64,000 bases of DNA from an uncultured Bacteroidales bacterium (GCA_900315245.1 OMYJ01000007.1:93256-157255), one strand, 5' to 3'. Positions 1 through 9,908 are shown, counted from the stretch's first letter. Translations and numbers: made by a program. Notes: generated by a model from the sequence alone, not told the origin.

Positions 1-26
1 TAGTCTATGAATTGTTCTTCTGCCAT
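1..26 (-). CDS. 5' end of a CDS that runs off the window (MAEEQFID...)
   Basis: ATG at 26..24. It is preceded by the same 40-nt leader module seen in front of nqrE and of 57983..59473, and by a TAnnTTTG box at 169..176. Confidence 0.35.
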
Positions 27-31
27 TCTTT

Positions 32-133
32 AATGGTTATTGGTTATGGGTTATTGGTTATTGAAGCTGGTGATTGTTGTTGGTGAATAGTGAATAGTGA
101 TTGGTGAATAGTGATTGGTGAATAGTGATTAGA
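32..133 (+). repeat. Leader 40-mer plus GTGAATA/GTGATTG heptamer array
   Basis: The 40-mer AATGGTTATTGGTTATGGGTTATTGGTTATTGAAGCTGGT is followed by 7-nt tandem units. The plus strand is C-free over the array. Confidence 0.85.
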
Positions 134-168
134 GGTTCTTCATCGTCATTAATCGTTGAATGACGCGG

Positions 169-176
169 CAAAAGTA
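169..176 (-). promoter_or_regulatory. Bacteroidota -7 box (TACTTTTG)
   Basis: Matches TAnnTTTG on the minus strand, ~140 nt upstream of the ATG at 26. Confidence 0.5.
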
Positions 177-192
177 CGATTTTTTCGGGATA

Positions 193-3100
193 TCATCGGA
201 TCAATGTGACATTCCCTTTCAGTTCCAACTCATCGCCGTCCATGCACTTGCCTTTGAAATAGTAGTCATAAACACCCCTTTGGCATTCTTTCTTCTTGAA
301 AGAGCCGTCCCAGCCGACGGTCTTGTCGTGCGTTTCGAAAATCTTTTCGCCTAAACGATTGTAAATCACGAAATAACATTCGTCTAATATGTCGCTGCGA
401 ACGTACAGAATATCGTTTACACCGTCACCGTTGGGGGTGAAACTGTTTGGGATAAACACAAACGGCATGTCACAAGTTACCGGATCCACTTTGACGGTGA
501 CCGTATCGGTGAGTGCGCATCCGAAAGTGTCAGTGACGGTAATGGTAAAGGTGGTTGTCTCGGTGGGGGAGGCGGTGGTGACGGGACGATAAGGCGTATC
601 CACTATGGTTGGGGGAGTCCATGAGTATGTGTAGTCGCTTCCATAATCGTTTGTATATAAGGTTGTTTTATGGTATGCGAGCACATTGGTGGGGGAGCAC
701 CAAGCCTGTAGTGAATCCTGAAATGTGCCTACTCTCACCTTAATCACGCCGTTTGCCGTGGCTGTGCATCCGTTGATGTCTGTGACGGTGACTGAGTAGT
801 TGGTGGTTTGTTGTGGGGTGAATGTCGGATTTGCCTCTGTGGATGCCTCGCCGTCGTCCAACTGCCATTGGTATTGGTAAGGTTGAGTGCCGCCACCGCA
901 AAGCACTTGTGCTGAAACCTCGTTTTCAAAACATAGCAGATAGTTCGGATTGTCAGTTATTTCCATTTTGATTACGGTGATAGAATGAGGGATTATTCTG
1001 ATACAGTAATCGGTAGTCACGCGTGCGTAATAGCTTCGCGAAGAAGTTGGAGATACCGTCGCGGATAAAGTGTTGGCTGCAATAATATTTTGGAAATCAG
1101 GGGATTCAGACCAATCCACCACATAATTGTCTGTGGTGGCAACATTGATGGATAGAGTGGTGCTTTCCCCGACGCAAATAATGGAGTCTCCAGATATTGA
1201 GGCGGAAACATCGTGAACATCCACTTGTTGGAAGATCGTGTCCACGCAGGCGGCGGTGGAGGCTGTTAATGAGTATAGAGTGGATTGGGTGGGGGTGGCT
1301 ATGGGGTTGGAAATGGTCGGATTGTTCAGGTTTTCCGCCGGCGACCACAGGTAGTCCACCCCGATAGACGGCGGGACTCCCAATTCGGCATATTCACCGG
1401 TGCAGATATTGACCGTGGGCAAGGTGGATTGGGTGTTGGAGAGCACCAGTATCCGTTTCCGAAGTGTGTCGGCCACATTGCAGCTTCCCAGATCATGTAT
1501 AATCAGGGTCACTTCGTAGTATCCCGTTTGGGCATAAACATGGTAGGGCTCCCACTGATTCGAGGTGTTGCCGTCACCGAAATTCCACGAAATGTCTGTT
1601 TGTGAACTGATTGTTTGCGAATAGTTGGTGAAGAAGACGGTGTCGGGCAGACAAACGACGTTGGGCATCAGGAAATCGGCCACCACCACGGGCAAACTGA
1701 AATCGATTTTGATAACTCCGAGATTGCAGTTGGAACTTCCGTTAAGGTTGGCATAGACGTTGTCGGGAGTTGTGGGGAAGCTGCTCTGTCCACCGCATCC
1801 CGCACACACGGCTTGGTAAATTTTGCCGTGTTTGTCGAACCGGCTGGTGCCGCCGTCCACGTGTTCTCGTGCGGAACCGGCCGCGCCACCGAAGTAAGTC
1901 GCATAAATCAGGTTGCTGGCATCGTCGCTGATGGCCATGAAATAGAAATCGCTGCCGTCGGTGGTGGATTGGAAAGCGCCATCGGTGACGGGAAGTCCGT
2001 TGGTGCCTCCGAATCCGTTCAACTGGCGGGAACCCCATCCGGAGAGGTAGATGTTGTCGCAGTAATCCACCAACATGGCGGTGGGGGAGATGTCCGGTCC
2101 GCCATTGCCGGACCCGAGGGCCGTGGACCAAATGGAAGTGCCAAGGTCTTTCGACAATTTGATCAAAAACTGACCGCCTCCGGTCACATAATAACCGACA
2201 TTTTGAACCCATTGGGTGCCATCGGCAGATGTCTGCCCCAGCAAATGTGGAAAGTCTTCGTCGTCACCCTTAATCAAATAGGCCTGATCGTAATTGGATT
2301 TTCCCAAATAGGTGCTTTGCAGTAACAAACTGCCGTTCGAGGAAAGGTGCGCCACGAATCCGTCAACGGAAGCGCCGTTGTCAGCATGGGCGGGTTGATA
2401 GACATTTGGGGTGATGGGTAGATCTACGGATGTGGTGCCGCCACAGAAATAGATGCTTTTGTCAGCCGCCACATACATGCTGTAACCCGCATCATTACTG
2501 GAACCGCCGAAATAGGTACACCAGATTAGCGAGGAAAGGTCTTGGCTGAATTTGAAGACACAGACACTTTGATTGCCGGAATTGCTTGGTTGGTAACAAT
2601 TTGCGGTGACGGGGAAGTCTGACGAACTTGTGGAGGAAACCACATAGACATTACTGTTCCCATCTACGATGATTTCACCCCGATTGTCGTCAGCGTAGTT
2701 TTTGCGAAGCCCGGAGGCGGTGTTGACCCCGTCGTTTCCGCTGCCACCGATGTAAGTGGATGCTGGCAGCTGCGTGCCGTCCGCACTTAGCTTGGCGACG
2801 AAGATATCGGATCCGGCGGGAAAATCCATGCTGGTGGAGAGGGAGATGTTCGGGCCGCCGTTGAAGGAGGTGTCGAACGCATCTGCAGTGACAGGGAAGT
2901 CAGCAGACCCCGTAGTACCGAAAATGTAAAGCTCGTCATTGTCGTTCACATACAGACTGTGCGGAATGTCGGCGGCGGTGCCTCCAATGTAAGTGGAATA
3001 GTGCAGGAAACTGCCCGTGGCATCAAATTTGGAGATGGCAATATCCACATCCCCGGCAAAGTCGGTTTGATAGGCGCCGAGGGCGGGGACGAGAGGATAA

Positions 3101-3951
3101 CCCACACCAAAGACAATGCCGCCGCCATAGAGGTTGCCGTGTGAGTCGTAGGTGGCGGTATAGCCCCAGTTGTCAGCGGTGGAACCTGAGTAAGAGGAGA
3201 AAACCACCGTCGGGTCAATCACTAACGGCAAAGCTGGGTCGTATTGGTCGAGGGTGAACGATACAATGTCTTTTGAAAGGGAGTAAGAACACTTGATGGG
3301 GATTGTATCTCCTTTATCATCAATTTGATAAGCGAACGGAGCGAGTTCCAATACGCGATCCACAGCAGTGTGCAGCAATAATTCTTCCCCCATTTTGGAG
3401 ATACTTTTCAGTCCGTCGTAGCGTAGCCGGATTTGCTTCGGGTCACCTCCCGGAGCAATATGAAATTCGTATTTCAGATAATCACCATCCCCTAAGAAAT
3501 ATAAATCAATATTGGGGTATAGCTGATTGTATTCCAAATGATGATAGGCGGATACATGGGATGCCCAGCCTTTGGCAGAGCGGCCTGTATAAAAATTGTA
3601 ATAATGTTCGAAAGGTTGAATGCCGTTCACCTTGATATCATTCAAGGCATTCATGAACGTCACCCGGTAGGCAGCGGCGTCGATAAAAGATGACGGGAAG
3701 GGTTTCCCCGAATGTTTGGCCTCGTGGAAAGCCTCTAATTGGTTCGGGTCTAATTGTGCGACAAGGAAAGAGTTATGTTCAAAGAAAAGAGCGCCGCCGT
3801 ACATAGTGGCTTTGTACAGCACGGGGGATTCCCATTGACCGAGATTCTGCACAAATTCCCATCGCCCTGCCGACAGGGTGTCGATGGGCTTTCGTGCCCA
3901 CAAATTCACCACGGACAATAAGGTGAGTGTGAATAAAATCAATCTCTTCAT
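193..3951 (-). CDS. Large secreted adhesin-like protein with beta-propeller-type repeats, a PKD domain and a T9SS type-B (gliding-motility) C-terminal sorting domain
   Basis: Track ORF 193..3969. The signal peptide MKRLILFTLTLLSVVNLWA starts at ATG 3951; 3969 is a TTG inside the -7 box. Repeated GGSxxD...DFPVT motifs. PKD-like ISWNFGDGNTS. C-terminal IPNSFTPNGDGVNDILYV motif. Confidence 0.85.
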   Translation of the reverse strand: MKRLILFTLTLLSVVNLWARKPIDTLSAGRWEFVQNLGQWESPVLYKATMYGGALFFEHNSFLVAQLDPNQLEAFHEAKHSGKPFPSSFIDAAAYRVTFMNALNDIKVNGIQPFEHYYNFYTGRSAKGWASHVSAYHHLEYNQLYPNIDLYFLGDGDYLKYEFHIAPGGDPKQIRLRYDGLKSISKMGEELLLHTAVDRVLELAPFAYQIDDKGDTIPIKCSYSLSKDIVSFTLDQYDPALPLVIDPTVVFSSYSGSTADNWGYTATYDSHGNLYGGGIVFGVGYPLVPALGAYQTDFAGDVDIAISKFDATGSFLHYSTYIGGTAADIPHSLYVNDNDELYIFGTTGSADFPVTADAFDTSFNGGPNISLSTSMDFPAGSDIFVAKLSADGTQLPASTYIGGSGNDGVNTASGLRKNYADDNRGEIIVDGNSNVYVVSSTSSSDFPVTANCYQPSNSGNQSVCVFKFSQDLSSLIWCTYFGGSSNDAGYSMYVAADKSIYFCGGTTSVDLPITPNVYQPAHADNGASVDGFVAHLSSNGSLLLQSTYLGKSNYDQAYLIKGDDEDFPHLLGQTSADGTQWVQNVGYYVTGGGQFLIKLSKDLGTSIWSTALGSGNGGPDISPTAMLVDYCDNIYLSGWGSRQLNGFGGTNGLPVTDGAFQSTTDGSDFYFMAISDDASNLIYATYFGGAAGSAREHVDGGTSRFDKHGKIYQAVCAGCGGQSSFPTTPDNVYANLNGSSNCNLGVIKIDFSLPVVVADFLMPNVVCLPDTVFFTNYSQTISSQTDISWNFGDGNTSNQWEPYHVYAQTGYYEVTLIIHDLGSCNVADTLRKRILVLSNTQSTLPTVNICTGEYAELGVPPSIGVDYLWSPAENLNNPTISNPIATPTQSTLYSLTASTAACVDTIFQQVDVHDVSASISGDSIICVGESTTLSINVATTDNYVVDWSESPDFQNIIAANTLSATVSPTSSRSYYARVTTDYCIRIIPHSITVIKMEITDNPNYLLCFENEVSAQVLCGGGTQPYQYQWQLDDGEASTEANPTFTPQQTTNYSVTVTDINGCTATANGVIKVRVGTFQDSLQAWCSPTNVLAYHKTTLYTNDYGSDYTYSWTPPTIVDTPYRPVTTASPTETTTFTITVTDTFGCALTDTVTVKVDPVTCDMPFVFIPNSFTPNGDGVNDILYVRSDILDECYFVIYNRLGEKIFETHDKTVGWDGSFKKKECQRGVYDYYFKGKCMDGDELELKGNVTLIR

Positions 3952-3966
3952 CCCGAAAATTTGCCG

Positions 3967-3974
3967 CAAACATA
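3967..3974 (-). promoter_or_regulatory. -7 box (TATGTTTG) for the T9SS adhesin gene
   Basis: TAnnTTTG match 16 nt upstream of ATG 3951. Confidence 0.55.
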
Positions 3975-4124
3975 CATAAAATATGAATATACGCGGAAAA
4001 TGTTCCGATCTTGTAATAAAAACAGAATGGTTAAAAAGTGGTGTACAGGCAGGAGATGTCGCCTTCGGAACGAACCATGAACAGCAATAATACCAGAATG
4101 AATATTGCTATGGTAATCAATACT

Positions 4125-5234
4125 TTAACGATTCTCTTTTTCCAAAACATATTCTCTGATTTTCTGATAGATTAAAAATGCGCCATAACTGTTTGGATGC
4201 TGCCAGTCATCGAAAGTGGCGGGATTGGCGGAGAGCTCGGAGCAGTCTATGTATTGCGCTCCCTCCTTTTCCAATAATCGGATGGTGTTGGTCACAACCA
4301 GTTGAATGTCATTTAGATATTCTGGATGAATTTGTTCGAAGGCGGCTCGGTTGTAGGGGCCGACCACAAACGTGGCATCCACCCCATGTTCGCGGCACAG
4401 TCGGACCATCGTGCGCAATTCGTCGTAACGGTACTGCTCCTCAGGATATGGTCGCAGCATATAGGAATAGACATTGAACGTGCTGGAAATATTCAACGAA
4501 TAGTTGTGCTGGTTGCTGTCCGGAGGAGTACAATTCCGTGCCTTTCGGTTTATCCAAGCTGTGTCAGCCCATGTCAGACGATGATAAAACTTGGTGGGAT
4601 CCAGCGCAAAGGCAAGGTCCTGATGATATTTCCGGCGAACCCGGTCTGCCATACACGAAAGAGGTTCCACAATCCTGTCCGATAATCGCACATTGCGACG
4701 ATTTACCTTCAAAATATGGTCAACATCTTGATCCTTAGGATGATTAGCCTTCCTGTATTCTGTAATCGAGACATATCGGTGGAAATAGTCCGCATTGCTT
4801 TTCGCCAGTTTGTTGCACCAATAGGAAGGGTTGACAAAATAGATAAGCTTGAGATTCCGCACATTCTCATTGCTCTGAATTAGAGGAAAATAGGTACAGG
4901 GAGTTCGTCCGGCACCGCCGATGACGGAGAAGAAGGCATGGATGGTGGTATCCGCATTCAGAAAGTCGAAATAGTTGCCGTTCGGTAGCTCGTTGGTCTC
5001 CGAAGTTCCCAACACCAAGTACCCGTCATGTTCTTTGATGCCCTTCAGCAGCAGATTTGTGTACAATGGGTTGTTGTCACGCAAATCCTGATGTCGGATG
5101 GTGTAGATTTGCGCACTGCTGTCAGGCGTGGTATAGGGTGGGATGCACCAAGCCACCGCCATCCAGAACAGGATCGCGACGAGTGCCGCCATCCCAATCC
5201 AAGCTAAAACTCTCAGTGTGTATATTTTTTTCAT
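4125..5234 (-). CDS. Membrane-anchored DltD/SGNH-like partner of the MBOAT acyltransferase (putative)
   Basis: N-terminal TM helix. Its ATG overlaps the stop of the upstream MBOAT gene (ATGA). LVLGTSETNEL resembles the GSSE motif of DltD-type proteins. The assignment is from memory only. Confidence 0.4.
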   Translation of the reverse strand: MKKIYTLRVLAWIGMAALVAILFWMAVAWCIPPYTTPDSSAQIYTIRHQDLRDNNPLYTNLLLKGIKEHDGYLVLGTSETNELPNGNYFDFLNADTTIHAFFSVIGGAGRTPCTYFPLIQSNENVRNLKLIYFVNPSYWCNKLAKSNADYFHRYVSITEYRKANHPKDQDVDHILKVNRRNVRLSDRIVEPLSCMADRVRRKYHQDLAFALDPTKFYHRLTWADTAWINRKARNCTPPDSNQHNYSLNISSTFNVYSYMLRPYPEEQYRYDELRTMVRLCREHGVDATFVVGPYNRAAFEQIHPEYLNDIQLVVTNTIRLLEKEGAQYIDCSELSANPATFDDWQHPNSYGAFLIYQKIREYVLEKENR

Positions 5235-6430
5235 CAGAACAGCAATTCAAACATTACCAATAACTTATCAACAGGATAGTTGAAGAAAACCCAACCGACG
5301 GTCACAAAAAGGAATGTGACAACAATGCCGACAACTTTACGTGTTGTGGTGAGGGGCTTTGCCGTTTTTCCATACGTAAACAGCTTATAGACAGAGAGTC
5401 CTATGCCATGCCAGAGGCCCCACAGAACAAAATTGAGCGTGCTGCCATGCCAAAGGCCGCAGACGAGGAAAGTGACGAGGTAGGCCGTGACGGAGACCGC
5501 CATCCGCCATTTAGCGATGGGCAGACGGTTCAGCAGTCCGATGACTGGCTTGAAGACATAGATTTTCAGGAATGTGGAGAAAGTGATGTGCCAACGTTTC
5601 CAGAATTCTGAAATGTTGCTTGAAAGATAGGGGTTGTCGAAGTTTTCGGGAGTTCGGACGCCCATTGTGTAGGCCATACCAATGGCCATGTCGCAATAGC
5701 CGGAGAAATCGATGTAGATGTAAAGCGAATAGAGTAGGGCGGCGGTACAGACCGCTCCCCATGGGCTGAGTTGAGGAATAAAGGCTTGGTAGTCAATGGC
5801 GTATGGCTTTATCAGCGGGACGATGAGCAAGGCCTTGACAGCTCCAATAAAGATCCTTCCAATGCCGGCAAGGAACATTCGCCTGTTGAAGCGTACGCGG
5901 GTTGTGCTCATCCAGTAGTGGAAGTTGTTGAATGTGTCGATAGGACCGGCCATGAAAGTCGGGAAGAAGAACAGGTAGTTTAAGAAAGACAAGAAGTTGC
6001 GACTTCGGAGGGTGTTTTTGTAACTTTCCACCAACCAATGGATGATGCGGAACAGAATGTACGACAGCCCGATTTTCTCCACCGAAAGGAAATGTTTGCC
6101 CAGCGTGTCGGTCCACCAGGTGCCGAGCCACGACTGCACCAGAGGGTAGTTGCGGACAGAGAAGAGGAGGATCAGTAAGGAAAGTGACAAAGCCAGCACC
6201 CAGCCAGACTTGCGCTTTCTTAACAGGAGTCCCGCGCCGTATGCCAACAGTGCCAGCAGCGAAAGCAGGAATAGCGATTTCCATGATACTATATGCGTCA
6301 GTATCAATATGTTGCCGCCGATGAGCAGGAGATTGTTGAGCCAACTCTTTTTGAGCCCCCATTTGACAATGACGAACAGGAGTATGAAAAGCAGGATTTC
6401 AAAGAAGAGTTCGTATGAGGTGAACAGCAT
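5234..6430 (-). CDS. MBOAT-family membrane-bound O-acyltransferase (AlgI/DltB-like)
   Basis: Polytopic membrane protein. FWKRWHITFSTFL and CGLWHGSTLNFVLWGLWHG motifs contain the conserved MBOAT histidine. Confidence 0.85.
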   Translation of the reverse strand: MLFTSYELFFEILLFILLFVIVKWGLKKSWLNNLLLIGGNILILTHIVSWKSLFLLSLLALLAYGAGLLLRKRKSGWVLALSLSLLILLFSVRNYPLVQSWLGTWWTDTLGKHFLSVEKIGLSYILFRIIHWLVESYKNTLRSRNFLSFLNYLFFFPTFMAGPIDTFNNFHYWMSTTRVRFNRRMFLAGIGRIFIGAVKALLIVPLIKPYAIDYQAFIPQLSPWGAVCTAALLYSLYIYIDFSGYCDMAIGMAYTMGVRTPENFDNPYLSSNISEFWKRWHITFSTFLKIYVFKPVIGLLNRLPIAKWRMAVSVTAYLVTFLVCGLWHGSTLNFVLWGLWHGIGLSVYKLFTYGKTAKPLTTTRKVVGIVVTFLFVTVGWVFFNYPVDKLLVMFELLF

Positions 6431-6442
6431 GTGGTGAATCGG

Positions 6443-6784
6443 TTAATAAAACAAGTGTTGCTTGGACTTGTTCTTCCAGCCGGCCTCGCTCTTGTAGTCG
6501 GTGAAATACACTTTGACATCCGCTTCGGAGCTGTATTCTGTAAAATAGATTTTCTTCTTCGCCTCACTCTTGTATTGAGTGAAATACCAGACCCCCTTGT
6601 TGTCCGTGGCTTCCGAACTGTATTTGGTCTTATAGACGACAAGATCCGCTTCGGAGCGATAGTTGGTCACATACACCTTCACGTCGGCCTCGGACTTGTA
6701 GTTTGTGGAATAGATCTTCTGCGCTTGAAGACCGCAGATTCCCAGCAACAGGAAAAGCAACAAGATAAATGTTCTCTTTTTCAT
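6443..6784 (-). CDS. Small secreted protein built from five Y-x-SEAD-x-KVY repeats
   Basis: Signal peptide MKKRTFILLLFLLLGICGLQAQ from ATG 6784. Repeats include YKSEADVKVYVT, YRSEADLVVYKT, YSSEADVKVYFT. A TAnnTTTG box lies at 6826..6833. Confidence 0.6.
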   Translation of the reverse strand: MKKRTFILLLFLLLGICGLQAQKIYSTNYKSEADVKVYVTNYRSEADLVVYKTKYSSEATDNKGVWYFTQYKSEAKKKIYFTEYSSEADVKVYFTDYKSEAGWKNKSKQHLFY

Positions 6785-6825
6785 ATATGTATAGTTTTGC
6801 TGAATGACAGATAACAATTTGACGG

Positions 6826-6833
6826 CAAAGATA
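6826..6833 (-). promoter_or_regulatory. -7 box (TATCTTTG)
   Basis: Extended GCAAAGATAC context, 42 nt upstream of ATG 6784. Confidence 0.55.
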
Positions 6834-6890
6834 CGCTTTTTTTTAGTTAGAAGTTAGTGGTTAGCAATTAGTAGTTGTTGGATATAAAAA

Positions 6891-6914
6891 GCGCCCACAG
6901 AATCCTGTGGGCGC
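6891..6914 (-). terminator. Rho-independent terminator of 6942..7532
   Basis: GCGCCCACAG-AATC-CTGTGGGCGC, followed on the minus strand by TTTTT. Confidence 0.75.
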
Positions 6915-6941
6915 CGTTTCGATTATATGTACGGATAACGC

Positions 6942-7532
6942 TTATGCAGCAGTTGCGTCGCGGTGGAACACCAACGGGAAGTTGATGGTGGTGTCTTCGT
7001 CCTCGGCGTTGGCGAATTGCAGGTTGATGGTGATGGTATCTTCGTCGTCATCGTAGGTGAAGACAATCTGATAGTTGATGGGGTTGCCGTTCTCGTCGTT
7101 GCCTACAGCCGTCAGAGTGCCGGTGTGTGTAGAACCGTCATAAACGTACGCAAGATCCATGTTTTCGATTTCCTCATTAGTATATTCGCCGGCCAGCTCA
7201 GCCACGTTGATCACAGTGATGTTGTCGCCAAAGGTGATATGGGCGTACTCGCTGTCGAAATTGATGTGGAACGTCATGTTAGCGTCAAATCCTTCAGGGA
7301 ATTCGCAACCGTAGTCGCTGAGGTTCATGCCGGTCATGGCTTGGAGCAAGTCTTCGAGGGCGAGGTTGGCTGTCCAGTCGGTGCCGATGAGGTCAGAAGT
7401 GACGGCCACTCTCGGAGTGTTGGCAGGGTTTTCACCATTCCCAGAGATGCCAGGGATGATTTCTTCTCTTTGACAAGATGCCATGCAGAGGGTGATGGCG
7501 ATGAATGCGATTGCAAAAATGTTTTTCTTCAT
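6942..7532 (-). CDS. Acidic lipoprotein, function unknown
   Basis: Lipoprotein signal MKKNIFAIAFIAITLCMASC. Followed by a strong hairpin + T-run terminator. Confidence 0.6.
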   Translation of the reverse strand: MKKNIFAIAFIAITLCMASCQREEIIPGISGNGENPANTPRVAVTSDLIGTDWTANLALEDLLQAMTGMNLSDYGCEFPEGFDANMTFHINFDSEYAHITFGDNITVINVAELAGEYTNEEIENMDLAYVYDGSTHTGTLTAVGNDENGNPINYQIVFTYDDDEDTITINLQFANAEDEDTTINFPLVFHRDATAA

Positions 7533-7709
7533 ACTCTTGATTTTTTTACTTTGATTGATTATTTGAATTAATTCGATTGTTTCTGTTGTAAGAACGCATC
7601 AAGAGAATGAAAAACTACAACGGCAAAAAAAATTTTTCGAATTGCAAAGAATGAAAAGAACCGCCCGTTTCTGTGTCATCGCGGGTTGTGTTCGTACTCA
7701 GGAGCAAAA

Positions 7710-7743
7710 AACTCCTAACTCTTAACTCCTAACTGCTAACTAT
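7710..7743 (+). repeat. AACTCCT-type heptamer array
   Basis: AACTCCT AACTCTT AACTCCT AACTGCT AACTATT. Confidence 0.8.
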
Positions 7744-8987
7744 TATTTCCCTCCAAAATCATCATAATGCACCATTTCCTTCGTGACGCCCAAGCTGTCG
7801 AGCATCTTCAGCACGGCCTGCAGCATCATGGGCGGACCGCAGATGTAGTACTCGATGTCCTCGGGTGCGGGGTGGTTCTTCAGGTACTGCTCGTAAATCA
7901 CGTCGTGGATGAAGCCCGTGGGACCGGTCCAGTGGTCCTCGGGGAGGGCGTCGGAGAGGGCGACGTGGAACTCGAAATTGTCGTGTTCCGCCGCAAGCCG
8001 CTCGAATTCGTCCATGTAGAAGAGTTCCTTGCGCGAGCGGCCGCCGTACCAGAAGGTGGTTTTCCGTTGTGTATGTTTCACTTTGAACTGGTCGAAGATG
8101 TGCGAGCGCATGGGGGCCATGCCCGCGCCGCCGCCGATGAACATCATCTCACGGTCGGTCTCTTCCACGAAAAAGTCGCCGTAAGGTCCTGAGACATAGA
8201 CTTTGTCGCCCGGCTTCAGGCTGTAGATGTAGGATGACGCCACGCCTGGGTTCACCTTCTCCATCCGTCCCTTCTTGCGGTTGAAGGGTGGGGTGGCGAT
8301 GCGCACGTTGAGCATCACGATGCCGTTTTCCGCCGGGTAGTTGGCCATCGAGTAGGCGCGCACCGTCGGGGTTCCGTTCTTCATCCGCAGGTCGAAGAGC
8401 CCCATCTTCTGCCAGTCGGCGCGGTAGGGTTCCTCCACCGTCATGTCGGAGAAGTTGACGGTGCCGGCGGGGATGTCGATCTGGATGTAGCCACCGGAGC
8501 GGAAGTCCATGACCTCGCCCTCGGGCAGCTGCAGCACCAGCTCTTTGATGAAGGTGGCCACGTTGTGGTTGGAGACGACCTCGCACGCCCACTTCTTGAT
8601 GCCGAAGAAACTCTCGGGAATCTCGATTTCCATGTCCTCGCGCACCTTCACCTGACAAAAGAGGCGGTAATGGTCGGCGGCCTCCTTGCGGGAGATGTGC
8701 GTCAGCTCGGTGGGCAAGATCTCGCCGCCGCCGCTGAACACTTTGCCCCGGCAGGTGCCGCAGGAACCACCCCCGCCGCACGCCGACGGCACGAAGACCT
8801 GGGCGTCGGCCAGCGCCTGCAACAACGTGCACCCGCGCTCATGCTCGATCTCCTTCTTTCCGTTGATGTTGATCTTCACCGATCCCTCGGGGATCATCTT
8901 CTTCCGCGCAAATAACAGTATTCCGACCAGTAACCAGATGATTACCAGGAAGATGCTGGTAGCGGATATGATGGTTAAGATGTTCAT
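7743..8987 (-). CDS. nqrF: Na+-translocating NADH:quinone oxidoreductase subunit F
   Basis: N-terminal TM. 2Fe-2S motif [17 protein letters not shown]-binding region RAYSMANYP. Position after nqrE. Confidence 0.95.
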   Translation of the reverse strand: MNILTIISATSIFLVIIWLLVGILLFARKKMIPEGSVKININGKKEIEHERGCTLLQALADAQVFVPSACGGGGSCGTCRGKVFSGGGEILPTELTHISRKEAADHYRLFCQVKVREDMEIEIPESFFGIKKWACEVVSNHNVATFIKELVLQLPEGEVMDFRSGGYIQIDIPAGTVNFSDMTVEEPYRADWQKMGLFDLRMKNGTPTVRAYSMANYPAENGIVMLNVRIATPPFNRKKGRMEKVNPGVASSYIYSLKPGDKVYVSGPYGDFFVEETDREMMFIGGGAGMAPMRSHIFDQFKVKHTQRKTTFWYGGRSRKELFYMDEFERLAAEHDNFEFHVALSDALPEDHWTGPTGFIHDVIYEQYLKNHPAPEDIEYYICGPPMMLQAVLKMLDSLGVTKEMVHYDDFGGK

Positions 8988-9004
8988 AGTCTGATTCGTT
9001 TTAT

Positions 9005-9079
9005 ACCCCCCTGCCCTTCGGGCATCCCCCCTAAAGGGTTTTACCCCCCTGCCCTTCGGGCATCCCCCCTAAAGGGGGG
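9005..9079 (+). repeat. Two tandem copies of a GC-rich double-hairpin element
   Basis: ACCCCCTGCCCTTCGGGCATCCCCCCTAAAGGG(GGG) twice, with stems TGCCC/GGGCA and CCCCCC/GGGGGG. A third copy is at ~9907..9944. Confidence 0.85.
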
Positions 9080-9099
9080 AATGGTCCTTCGACCGTATT

Positions 9100-9160
9100 A
9101 TTCTACATTATTAATTCTTAATTCATAATTCATCATTCATCATTCATCATTCATAATTGG
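9100..9160 (+). repeat. CATTCAT/AATTCAT heptamer array (nqrE-nqrF spacer)
   Basis: ...TTAATTCTTAATTCATAATTCATCATTCATCATTCATCATTCATAATTGG. Confidence 0.8.
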
Positions 9161-9162
9161 AA

Positions 9163-9765
9163 TTACATTCCCAGGAACGCCATAAACCCCATGCCTAACA
9201 GTCCGGTGATGATGTAGGCGATGCCGTTGCCTTGCAGTTTGGGCGGGATTTTCGCGTATTTGAGGCGCTCGCGGATGGCGGCGAAGGCGGTGATGGCTAA
9301 TAGCCAGCCGATGCCGGAACCGAGCGCGTAGGCCAGACTGTGCGCCACGGTGGGGAAGTTGCGCTCCTGCATGAAGAGCGAGCCGCCGAGGATGGCGCAG
9401 TTCACGGCAATCAGCGGCAGGAAGATGCCTAACGTCATGTACAGCGCCGGAAGATACCGCTCGAAGACCATCTCCAACAACTGCACGATGCCCGCGATCA
9501 CCGCGATGAAGATGATCAGCGACAGGAACGAGAGATCCGTGCCGGCAAAGCTCGCGCTCAGCCACGTCAACGCCCCTTCGCGGAGCAGGTATTTGTCGAT
9601 CAGGTAGTTGACGGGCACGGTAACCGTCAGCACGAAGCAGACGGCCAGTCCCAACCCGAAAGCAGTCTTCACGTTCTTGGAAACGGCCAGATAGGAGCAC
9701 ATGCCCAGGAAGTAGGCGAAGACCATGTTGTCGATGAAGACGGAGCGGAGGAAGATTTCTATCAT
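9163..9765 (-). CDS. nqrE: Na+-translocating NADH:quinone oxidoreductase subunit E
   Basis: 200-aa polytopic protein, FIDNMVFAYFLGMCSYLAVS, typical NqrE/RnfA family. Confidence 0.95.
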   Translation of the reverse strand: MIEIFLRSVFIDNMVFAYFLGMCSYLAVSKNVKTAFGLGLAVCFVLTVTVPVNYLIDKYLLREGALTWLSASFAGTDLSFLSLIIFIAVIAGIVQLLEMVFERYLPALYMTLGIFLPLIAVNCAILGGSLFMQERNFPTVAHSLAYALGSGIGWLLAITAFAAIRERLKYAKIPPKLQGNGIAYIITGLLGMGFMAFLGM

Positions 9766-9802
9766 AATGGTTATAGGTTATGGGTTATTGGTTATTGAAG
9801 CC
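9766..9802 (+). repeat. Leader 40-mer variant abutting the nqrE start codon
   Basis: AATGGTTATAGGTTATGGGTTATTGGTTATTGAAGCC differs at 2 positions from the copies at 32..71 and 59474..59513. Confidence 0.85.
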
Positions 9803-9838
9803 CTACACTGCGGCTTCGCTGCGCCTATGTGGGCTAGT

Positions 9839-9908
9839 GCCCCACACTGCGCTTCGCTTATGTGGGGTTATTAGCGCTTCGCGCGTCTTGCCCCTTCGGG
9901 GCTGCTTA
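9839..9908 (+). repeat. ~70-bp direct repeat, left copy, flanking the methyltransferase gene
   Basis: GCCCCACACTGCGCTTCGCTTATGTGGGGTTATTAGCGCTTCGCGCGTCTTGCCCCTTCGGGGCTGCTTA. A further degenerate half-copy lies at 9801..9838. Confidence 0.8.

Noticed and set aside
7645-7690. Possible nqr operon terminator downstream of nqrF (AACCGCC...GCGGGTT followed by a T-rich tract on the minus strand)
   Set aside because: The stem is imperfect (about 5 bp plus a bulge) and I could not convince myself it is stable, so it is not annotated.
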